Below, piece by piece: positions 22,715-32,665 of a stretch of 32,665 nucleotides of DNA. Source of the DNA: Batkoa obscura (taxonomy: Eukaryota); NCBI GenBank assembly GCA_030770535.1, contig JASVEC010000199.1, positions 1 to 32,665 of the forward strand, given 5' to 3'. The notes beneath the pieces were generated by a model that was not told the origin of the DNA, searched no databases, and saw nothing but the letters and a program-made list of their open reading frames with translations. The stretch's first letter is position 1. Every line of letters begins with the position of its first letter. The position numbers and the translations under genes are program-made.

Positions 22715-23263
22715 CTATTTTTTTCTATCGTGAAAACAGAACCTTTTTATATTAATACTATAAAATAATAAATTTATATTTTATTACCCTTATATTATTT
22801 TATTCGTTTTGATATCACTACCAAGGTTGAGCTCATCAATATGATTGGATTATTCTACCTAGAAATTTAAGTATAGAGTAAACATTGGTGAAGGGAGCTC
22901 TTTATAAGAGTGAAATTATATAACTTTAGGTATTTAAATGGTTTCAATATTGCATCCACATTTCTCTTCCAATGCTTAAGCTATTTTTCACTTTAAAGGT
23001 TTGGTATGAGATACTTGAATATAACACCATGATTTCATTAAATTCACTTAATAGAGGTATCTTTCGATATTCGGATCTCCATAATATCTTCATTTTAAGG
23101 CATATCACTTATATTTGAATATTAAATGAACAGTTAGATAGCTTTACTATACTCAACTTTATAAAAAATATTTCGTTTCATGCTTTTAATTAGAGCTATC
23201 CAATAAAAAGTCACATAGTAATAGAAGATGACATTTTAAAGTTTTGAACTTTTGTTTTTTAAA

Positions 23264-24825
23264 ATGATAAAATTAAATCAAAAATTAGCAACACAGAGTA
23301 TTAGAGCTTTGAAAAGCTATCCAACTACCTTAAACAGGCCAGGATGTTTTAATAGAACGCTATTTACTAACATTAAGAATTTGAACAAATCAAACAATGC
23401 ATCCAAGAGCTATAATGTATATCGAGGAGATCAAAAAAAGGTAGCATTTCTTCCTTTACTTTTTAAATTCTCAGTAGTCACTTTAGTTGGTGCAACTGTA
23501 TATTATGTTTATAACTTAAGTCAAATCGATGCCTCATTAGAATTAGAAGGAGAAGAGGCAGGTGAAAAAAGGGAAAGAAAGCAAAAGATCCAAGAAAAGC
23601 TTAAAGATATAACCCCAATTTCGGAAGAAAAAGCAGACTTTTTACTCAACGAAAATCAAAATCAAATCAGTATAGATTTGTCATCAGTTGAAAACCCAAT
23701 AACCAGTAAACTGAGAATATACTCGAATCAAGTAGCTTCTAATTCACCTATTGAAGATCGATTTTTTATCTCAAGCTCGCCTGAGAATAATCAAATTATT
23801 CTAGGAGTATTTGATGGACATTCTGGATTTAATTGCTCCGAATTTGTTTCCAAAAAACTGCCATCGGAATACAACAAAATTGTATCGCCGTTTATCAATA
23901 GCGTTTCAGCTGAATTACTTGACAGAGTGACAGCTATGAACAGAATAGAAGATATTCAGAAAATCATTAAACAAACTTTCTTATCAGTAGATAATCAAAT
24001 AGTTTTTCGCCATAAAAGCAATAAGTTCAAACTAGGAGATTTATTGCCAGGGATCAATGGTTCATGTGCTATTATGGCTAGTGTGGATGTTAAAAACGGA
24101 CATGTATTTGTATCAAATACTGGTGACTGTAGAGCTGTCATTGGACGTTTGACTGAGGACGGGAGATGGAGAGCAGTGCCACTTTCTACTGATCATATCA
24201 CTCAAAATCCTTCTGAATTTTCAAGAATATTGAAGTTACATCCTGGAGAGGAAGATACCGTTATCAAAAGGGATCGTATATTGGGATCACTTCGTAAGTT
24301 TTATCAAGCTTAAATTTATAATTTATTTATATGTATTTAGAACCAACAAGAGCATTTGGGGATGCTAGATATAAGTGGAGTATAGAAGATCATGAAAATA
24401 TTTATCAAAAAGTACTTCCTAATCCTAAACCAATGCCAAAAAACTATTTATCTCCACCTTATGTGACTGCTGAACCCGATGTATCCTACCACAAATTTGA
24501 TCCTAGAAAAGATAGATTTATTGTATTAGCTACGGATGGATTATACGATGAGCTGACTAACCAACAGATAGTCGAATTGGTTGGGGATCATTTGGTTTCA
24601 CCTCCAGATTCTAAATCAGGTAAAGATTATCGTAAGAAAGCTAATACTACAGACATATATAACTTTAAAGACCTTAATCTTTCTACCCATTTGATTCGAA
24701 ATGCTTTAAATGATTGTCCTTTAGATAAGCAAGAAGGAACCCTTTTACGTAAACTTTTGGCACTTCAAGCACCTAAGTCTAGACGCTATCGCGATGATAT
24801 TACTGTGCTAGTTGTTACTTTTTAA
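23264..24825 (+). CDS. PTC5: Mitochondrial PP2C-family phosphatase, Ptc5/pyruvate dehydrogenase phosphatase-like; exons 23264-24293, 24341-24825
   Basis: Basic presequence and TM segment, then SNQVASNSPIEDR, GVFDGHSG, GSCA, VSNTGDCRAVIG, LSTDH, RILGSLQPTRAFGDARYKW (restored across a 47-nt intron), SPPYVTAEP, FIVLATDGLYD, THLIRNAL, SRRYRDDITVLVV. Confidence 0.92.
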
Positions 24826-26265
24826 TCTAATTGATGTTCTATTTTGAGAATTAAAGTATAGCAAATACATATTTATCGTTTCTCTTTATTCAATTTATCT
24901 AATATTAGTATCGTTTTCTAATGGTTTTAAAAAATCACTATTCACAGCCATGGTAAGTTATTTTCAAGTTTAAAATCAATACATTCTAAAAAAGCCCTTA
25001 AAAGCTCTATTGAATTGTCTACTTTAATGTTCATACTAAACAACACTATCAAACTCATATAAATCATTCATCTTGTTTAATTTTACATTGTGTTAATGTT
25101 TCCAAATAAGCTCTTACTTTTTAAACATTTTATACTTAATTTCAAACTATTTTAATAGTAATTTTAAGTTTCCTATAGTACAAGCAAAAATAATACTGTT
25201 TTCTAATACTCATTCAACTATAATGTCTAATTTAATATGAGACTTGTAGAGGCAATATTTCATATAGATATTAATATGATGATATCAAATACAGTTACAA
25301 AAAAGGAATACTTTTCAAACACCAACCATTAAGAAATGAATATTCAAAGTTGAGTACTTGTTTTTTTGTAACAATTTTTGCAAGTACTATCTATACTACA
25401 TTTACCTATCATATTTATTTACTTATTTAAATTTAAGTAATAGTTTAACCTTAACATTGCTATTGCTATATATGTAAAACTTGGCACATTTGTTAATAAA
25501 AGATTTGATTAATTGTAGACTAAATGAACATGTTAAAAAATACCTTGAGAATTCTGAAGAATATTCTGACCTTCCATCTCTTTTTGTTATATAGAGAATA
25601 GTGTGACTTAGTGAGTTTGCGTTTTCTTGGACTTGATTAACCAAGAGCTGAACCAGTAGAGAAGCTCTCACCCTATGATACATGACTTCTATCCTATAAT
25701 ATGTATAATTTTTGTTAACAAAACACTTGGGTACCTTGGACATTTCATGAAGTTAGAAAAAATTGAAACAATGATAGAAAACTACTATAAGCTCTACGAT
25801 AACCAATAATAATTAAAAAAGATGGTAATTATGAAAAATTACTGTCTAATAGATGTTTTGTAAATTTTAAAATTAATTAACATAGTAATTATATATATGC
25901 TTGAAAGTCTAGTTGAAATCAAGAGTATATTTTCGATTTAAGTACATTTCATGACATACCTGGATATACAGTGTTTTCAAAACTAAACAAGTTGATAAAT
26001 ATCTTTGATATAAAAAAAACCAACTGTAGCAATTTTATTTCTTACTTGTGAGAATTCGCCTAAAAAGGGAAATTACTTTAAAAATATCCTTATATTTATA
26101 ACTTGACTAATTTAAAAATATTACATGGTCGGACTGTAGTAGGAATGCTGTATCATCTTTAGGAAGCCTCATTATACTTTTAATAATAACAATTATTCAT
26201 GTGGTTTAGCTATTGAAAAGTCAAGCCTCAAGTGTTTTATTGAGCCAAAATAAAAGTAAAGATAT

Positions 26266-26364
26266 GGGGATGTATCTTTGTGTTTAAGGATTTTACTAAC
26301 AAATTTTCCACTCAAACAGCGCTTAAAAGATGGAAAAAATAATGAAGTTAAAAAAAACACTACC
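26266..26364 (-). mobile_element. MITE copy G (99 bp)
   Basis: ATAT|GGGGATGTATCTTTGTGTTTAAGGATTTTACTAACAAATTTTCCACTCAAACAGCGCTTAAAAGATGGAAAAAATAATGAAGTTAAAAAAAACACTACC|ATAT. Confidence 0.9.
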
Positions 26365-27929
26365 ATATTAAAAACCAAAAATACAAAAAGAATCTTGAGT
26401 AAATTGATTCAAGTAGATTTAGAAAGTAGCTCAGAAACAGATTCAATAAGCCTAAACGAAGTGTTTCAATTCACGATTTGTATAAAAAACGAAATTAAGT
26501 AACCTCTGTCCAACACAAGGATGTTATTATGGTCAAAAATAAAATCAACTAGTCGAAAAGTAAGGATATAGATTATAGTCAAAGCTTAAAAAAGCAGATA
26601 AAAATTATAAATAGATCAAGTCTCAAGCTAAAATTGGTGATTGAGTGATATTATTTAAAAGAAGAATATCTATTTGTATTGTTAAAGAATGGTTTTAGAA
26701 TCATATGTATATGTTATAATACAAAATATTATAAAAATATACTAAACGTAGATTGGATGTTTTTCACTTTTATATTTAATGAATATAAAAATATAAAGAA
26801 TCGTTATAATTAAACTCATTAAATACGAAATAAAAAATGCCCAATTTACTTTTAATTTATTTTCACAATATCACAAACGAATATTAATAATTTTATAAGC
26901 CATTTATACTATATTTAATATTGTCAGATTACTTAAGCAGTTAAAAGCATAATTTTTAAAAGCATAATTAAATAATATTAAATTGAATTTTGTAATGCGC
27001 AAGCTAATGTCATTGAAGTGATTATAATTCTTCAAAGCGCAATTACTTCAATTGAATATTACATTAAATCAACTTAAAATTATTTTTAGATGAAAATTAA
27101 TTTCTCTTTAATTATAGCTATGTTATAGAGATATATCAATCGAACGTGAAAATTTCAAGAATAGCAAGTGAAAAAAAATTATTATACTATTGTAATATCA
27201 AAGGTATAAAAATAAGGATACAACGTTATTTTGGTCTTTTACACCTTTATAGCTGGCATTTAAAAGAGCGTTAAAACCTAACTTTAAGCTACATAATAAA
27301 AGAATAATGATGGGTAGTTAGAAGTAATAAACCCTCAAACTTGTCTATGCGACTTTACAATATACCATGATAATTTTGTTTAGAATTATAGTAAATGTGA
27401 AACAATTATATTTTGTGATTTATTTGTATAAAAGAACATAAAGGTTGGACTTTGATTTTAAAAATGCTACTTAAAGCATTAGGTGATTTGCCATAAATAG
27501 TAAATTTGATCAAAAAATTTAAAGCCAAAAATTTATATAGCTGATTTAAATAAATTGTGGCCAGTTTAGCAAAAAAAATTATAATTAAATATTCTCTTCA
27601 AATAATCTTTTCAAAGCCTGATCCTTTGTTTTTTTTTATTAATTCTAGTTAACTATTTTTAAATGAACAGTATAGTAGATCATACTTCCCTCAAATTAAT
27701 CGTAGCAGAAGCATTCAAGAAAATAAGGCTTTTTTAGAATTGGTAAGCCTTATTTTATGAGTGATTATTTTTTAACAAGCGACTATAGAGTCACAACACG
27801 ATCAAATCTATTTATAAATTCATTTTTAATGTTGTTTCTAAAGTGAAGAACAATAACAGAAATTAGAAAGTATATAAGCTAGGAAAAACTGAAGAAAAGT
27901 TTATCAGAAATATTTGAATCGATCGAACA

Positions 27930-28445
27930 ATGAAATTCACCTCTATTATCCTTGTGACTTTAGCAGCCTTTAGTTTTGTTAGTGCTGCAAGCCAAACTGC
28001 TCCAAGTATTCCACCTGCAGGCGAAGCTGTAACTCCAGTTTTGAATACTGCTCCAAAAAGTAATGTTCAAGCAAAGACCTTTGGTTTGATCGCTTATACC
28101 TTGAAATCAGCCTTTAATCTTTTATTCGGGGGCTTTGGAAAACCTTACGGTCATGGTGGATATTACAACGGTTACCCCTATTATAGCGGTATCCTTGGGT
28201 GGAATGGATATAACCAGTACTATGGAACTGTTAATAATTACTATACTATTTATTCTCCAAATATTAAATATTTCAATAATGGTGATGGCACTTACACTCT
28301 TTATATCTATAATATTAATGGTGTACAAGGTGCAACCGCAGTTCAAATTACCTGCCCAGTTAATACCTTTAAAATTAGTAGATCTAATAACGGTTATCTT
28401 TGTCAAATTGACCAAAATGCTTCTTGCAGCGTCAAATACGCTTAA
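27930..28445 (+). CDS. Secreted Gly/Tyr/Asn-rich protein (171 aa), intronless
   Basis: Clear signal peptide MKFTSIILVTLAAFSFVSA, Pro/Ala/Thr linker, GY-rich stretch, and a beta-rich-looking C-domain with 3 Cys. TATATAAG lies ~60 nt upstream. Confidence 0.88.
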   Translation: MKFTSIILVTLAAFSFVSAASQTAPSIPPAGEAVTPVLNTAPKSNVQAKTFGLIAYTLKSAFNLLFGGFGKPYGHGGYYNGYPYYSGILGWNGYNQYYGTVNNYYTIYSPNIKYFNNGDGTYTLYIYNINGVQGATAVQITCPVNTFKISRSNNGYLCQIDQNASCSVKYA

Positions 28446-28795
28446 ACAATAAATTATTAAATATATATTTTTTATTTTTATATTGTTGTAAACCTTTCAT
28501 ATATCGGGAATTTGAAATTTATTAACTAGATTCAGGCAATAAAAAATATCATCAATACTTTACATTCTAGTAAGTAATACAAACAGCGATCACTTTCTAA
28601 ATTTTTCAATGAGAATAAATTATTCACTCATAACTAAATACTAAATGATACAAAAGTATTTAAATCATGAACCTGGGTTATTGTTATTGATAAAATAATG
28701 CAACATTCATTTGAAATATCATCAATGACAACATAAAGATTTGCAATGTTAAAAAATTTAAGAATTTTGACTATTAATCTTATCACTTAATATAT

Positions 28796-28889
28796 AGGGA
28801 TGTATTTTTTTGTTTAAGAATTTCACTACCAATTTTTCCACTCAAATAGCGCTCAAAAGATGGAAAAAGTAATGAAAAAAATCATATCC
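28796..28889 (-). mobile_element. MITE copy H (head-to-tail tandem with copy I)
   Basis: ATAT|AGGGATGTATTTTTTTGTTTAAGAATTTCACTACCAATTTTTCCACTCAAATAGCGCTCAAAAGATGGAAAAAGTAATGAAAAAAATCATATCC|ATAT. Confidence 0.9.
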
Positions 28890-28893
28890 ATAT

Positions 28894-28991
28894 GGGGATG
28901 TATTTTTGTATTTAAGAATTTTACTGACGATTTTTCCACATAAATAGCGCTTAAAAAATGGAAAAATAATGAAACTAAAAAAAACAGCCCC
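28894..28991 (-). mobile_element. MITE copy I
   Basis: ATAT|GGGGATGTATTTTTGTATTTAAGAATTTTACTGACGATTTTTCCACATAAATAGCGCTTAAAAAATGGAAAAATAATGAAACTAAAAAAAACAGCCCC|ATAT. Its left ATAT is shared with copy H. Confidence 0.9.
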
Positions 28992-29196
28992 ATATAGTGA
29001 GTTAGTGACAATATAGCTTTAGGAGCCTTTATATTAAATCTTGATAGTATGGATGTATATTGGGCTTTTACCCCAAGTATTAATCTAACATTTGCACGGT
29101 CATTTTTCGCCATCTTTTTTACTATGTAAAATTTATTCATTAAAACAATGCTTTATTAAAAGTAAGTTTTTAATACTGCTATATATTAAAAAATAT

Positions 29197-29294
29197 GGGG
29201 ATGTATTTTTGTGTTTAAGAATTTTACTAATAATCTTTCCACTCAGGTAGTGCCTAAAAAATGGAAAAAGTAATGAAATCAAAAAAATATCACC
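29197..29294 (-). mobile_element. MITE copy J
   Basis: ATAT|GGGGATGTATTTTTGTGTTTAAGAATTTTACTAATAATCTTTCCACTCAGGTAGTGCCTAAAAAATGGAAAAAGTAATGAAATCAAAAAAATATCACC|ATCT. Confidence 0.9.
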
Positions 29295-30740
29295 ATCTAT
29301 TTTTTACTTATAGCTTTCTACGTTTTTTACTGGTTTTATTGTATCATAGTCAAAACAATGCATTAAACCATTTAGAATATCTTAGCGCCTACCGGAAGTT
29401 TAATTTAAACATCCGGTTATGCTAAATTAATTGAATTCACTTAATCATCAGGGCAATAATGTTTATCATTCAACGTTCCATAGTTGGAATATATTTGCTC
29501 TTGATAATCGATATGGATATTATATTAATTAGCGTTAAAAGCTGTACAAGCGCTTTTAACTACTGATAGTATGCTATAATAATCACTCCTTTGAGTCTAT
29601 TACTAGCTATCATAGAAATTGAATATTTTATTGTTTAGAATTTTCTAGTTGCTTTAATATATCCTTATAGTTTGTAATTAACTAAAGTTTATCTAAAAAA
29701 CATGTTGAGTTTTCCCGAGGTAATAATAATAGTAAAAAAAAATAATCTAGTGCAATAAAACTATAAAAATAAAATTACAAAGTTTTCTATAAATGGACTC
29801 CGCTTAAAAGTATCTTAAAAACTAACCCAAAAACACTATTTTGATTAATAATCAACAATAGCCTAGAAGCTTCCAAAATTAAATTTCATTCAACTTATAG
29901 GCGCATGGTAAAAAAGTTAATCAGATCTTAATATCAGAATCTTATGCTTATTTTTATGCTTATTCAATGAAATATCATGGCTATTTACTTAATAAGCCTT
30001 TCCATTCCTGTTTATACCAATAATTTGGGGCTCAACAAAAATTAATTATACACTATTAAACTTGGAGAGAGCTATTTATATATGATTTTAATCAATTTTT
30101 AATTATAAATAATAAATTCTAACTTATGAAAACATATTTTGATGAGATTATAAAGGGGGATATTCAATTGTTGTGGGGCTTTTAAGATTAGTTGTGACTC
30201 ATTCACTTTATTTTACTATTTGTTAAGGTCCGAATTATCCTATATTATAGATTTTATATTAGTATTGTTCTTGAAATCGCTTTGTCTATTCATGTTCCGA
30301 TTTTATAATGACAGACTATCGTTACATAATGTACTTAATAAAATATGGATTGTCTAACAAAGTTTATTATTATTGTTCCTTCTAATTTACATCTAATGTA
30401 TACTAGTATATAAACAATAGCTATATTACACAAATAAGAGTAAGATGGTGCACTTTTATATTAACCGAAAATAGAAGATATAAAAAGTGTATTAATAATT
30501 AAATTCTAAGCATAAACAACTAAAAAATAAAAAATAAAACAAAAATAGAAAATAATAGCATGAATAGCGATTATAACAATCATTTTTTATAGTAATTTGC
30601 ACCCTAATGAACATTAATACAACAATAAATAGTTTATAATGTTTATTTTTATTTTTACGCAGTTTTTAGAGATCAATAGTATAAAAGAAAAGCTTTATTC
30701 CAATTTTAGGTTAACAAGATAAGATATAATATAATAAAAT

Positions 30741-31337
30741 ATGTCGGCCATTAATACAGAATTATTACCTGATTATACTCAATATTTTAATGATATTAAA
30801 TTACCTACCTATGATCAAGTATCTAAAAAGAAATTTTACATAAAAATGAATTTTTGCCTTACTTCTGATATAACAAGTGCCGTATGGTCTGTCAAAGAAA
30901 CACCCAAAACATCAACTTGGTATAAAGTCTATCAGAGTATCCACGGAATAAAGATACAGGACAAAAAGCAATGTAATAACTTATCAATGGAATCCAAGAT
31001 TATCCCAGATATCAACAATCAACTTAGATTTGTCATTAAGTTAAATACCATTGCTGCCGAACTTTTTAAAACTAATGATATGTCGTATAATTTAATTATT
31101 TATAATGAAACAGAAGTTAAAAGATATACCATTATAATAGAAAAAAATAAATATGATAGGATTAAATCATGGAAATTAATGGATCCACAAGATCTTGGAT
31201 TTATTTTAGCTTCTTGTAGTTTAACACACACAGGTATTATGTTAGCTGAATTGGAGTTTAATGTTCATTTAAAAATTCATGAATTTCAACTTGCTTTGAT
31301 TTCTTTTTGCCAACTTATGTCTTGCTATTATCGTTAA
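30741..31337 (+). CDS. Hypothetical 198-aa protein with two N-terminal PY motifs (LPDY, LPTY)
   Basis: Intronless ORF with AAATATGTC start context, TATAAAAG ~60 nt upstream and globular-looking composition. No family confidently recognised. Confidence 0.7.
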   Translation: MSAINTELLPDYTQYFNDIKLPTYDQVSKKKFYIKMNFCLTSDITSAVWSVKETPKTSTWYKVYQSIHGIKIQDKKQCNNLSMESKIIPDINNQLRFVIKLNTIAAELFKTNDMSYNLIIYNETEVKRYTIIIEKNKYDRIKSWKLMDPQDLGFILASCSLTHTGIMLAELEFNVHLKIHEFQLALISFCQLMSCYYR

Positions 31338-32665
31338 TTTTGTATACTAATTTTTTCAAAACGGGTATATCGGTCTATTTTTGAATATTCTATTGTAATT
31401 AAAATTTCTTCTCCCCACTATCGCTATAACGTTTTTTTAAATAGACACCAATATCTCATAATCCGTAATTAATTATCTTAAGTATAAAATTGGAATTCAA
31501 TCAACTTCTGTAATTTATATTATCCGATTTATAATTTAACTTATCCAATATTTCAAATATTCATTAGTATCATTTTATGCTTCATTAATAAAGCTTTAGA
31601 CTTTAAACTAAAACTATTCCATTGTTTTAATGTTGTTTTACATTTACTTCTTAAACACAATAATGTCTTGTTTTTGATTATTATTAATATGTGATTTTCA
31701 TACTTTGAAAAGTTAAATCTTTCAATAAATATTCATAGGCTTTTGAAACTCAATTTATCCGCATACTTTTCAAAAAGCTTCCACTTTACCCGTAAAAACA
31801 TAACTTTGAAATCAACCCCCTATCCATAAAAAATTTCAAACATCAACTATTTTATATGTGCTAAAAAAACTTCAATATGATTCCAACATCAAAACACATT
31901 ATATGGTTTAATGGAAATTATAATCAAGATAAATATAAGAATATTGTTGATGTATGATTTTATTAATATTGTTCTTTGACCCTTAATTTATTACATATTT
32001 AAAACTAGACAAAACTGTGATGAGTGCTTTTACGGAGTAGCAAAATGTTATTTCAATGAAAATAAGTTAATAATGAGTATCAATATGAGGTATGTTTACG
32101 TTTAATGAAAAATAAGGTAAACAGTTCATATCGTTATAATCTATTAAATAGGAAAGAATTATAAATAATTCATGGTTATAGTAACTTAATAATTACCATA
32201 ACATTTATTTATTTTTTCTTTCTATTATACCAAACTAATTTAGAAACTACTAAATTTAGAAATAGATTTTTTTAAAGATTCAATTGTAAACTAATTGACC
32301 TATACTCCTTTGTATTGTGAGTTGTTTGTAAACCCTGTATAGAGATTTCATTTATATAGGATCTTAATAAATCTTTAATGAATTATATTTTTATAATATA
32401 AGGAATAATTTGATGAAATGAATTTATCTGGACATTATCCAGATTTGTCCAAAGAATATCAAGCTAGATAAATATTTAGTGAATTGCTGATCTCTCCTCT
32501 GTGTTAGTATTATCTTACTTTGTTTACCAACAAACTATTAAGGGACATGACCTTTAAGAAATCTAAAAAACAGCCAACTGTAGTTTACTTAACATTAAAG
32601 ACGATAAGTTATATCAGCTTGAATCGTTTTTATAAAAAGTGACATGTCATATCAAAATAGTTTTA

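Noticed and set aside
25423..25743. 106-aa minus-strand ORF
   Set aside because: No recognisable motif, signal peptide or splice partner. It could be a decayed gene or TE fragment, but this cannot be supported without a database search.
18942..29140. ORFs 18942-19124, 26193-26378, 26278-26502 and 28853-29140 sharing similar peptides (e.g. KILKHKDTSP, KFLNTKIHPH)
   Set aside because: The similarity comes from reading through MITE copies; they are not a gene family.
13156..29294. The ~99-bp repeats as a CRISPR array, tRNA or bacterial REP system
   Set aside because: Copies are dispersed, in both orientations, have no regular spacers and no cas or tnpA gene, and show no cloverleaf or A/B boxes. 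The context is an intron-rich eukaryote.

Overview
Very AT-rich eukaryotic DNA with short (~45-120 nt) GT-AG introns and CTAA[CT]-type branch points, most consistent with a fungus. An early-diverging lineage such as Zoopagomycota/Conidiobolus-like is an inference only. The window has two compartments. The first (1-12.3 kb) is gene-dense and holds intron-containing housekeeping genes: Tim10 (partial), Hrq1 helicase (14 exons), a small orphan membrane ORF, an NDUFA4/MLRQ-family subunit missed by the ORF track, Snu66/SART1 (9 exons) and Fcf2. The second (12.3-32.6 kb) is gene-sparse. It carries five intronless, signal-peptide-bearing, mostly low-complexity orphan genes, a mitochondrial PP2C (Ptc5/PDP-like) and a PY-motif orphan. 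The orphans include a convergent pair of paralogous Tyr-Lys-His heptad-repeat proteins sharing a perfect 50-nt tract, an N/Q/F pentapeptide-repeat protein, a small secreted protein and a Gly/Tyr-rich protein. At least 10 copies of a ~99-bp fold-back MITE (GGGGATG...CATCCCC termini, mostly ATAT 4-bp flanks) lie in intergenic DNA, nine of them in the second compartment. The best candidate for an undescribed system is the secreted structural/adhesive-like gene island plus its MITE family.
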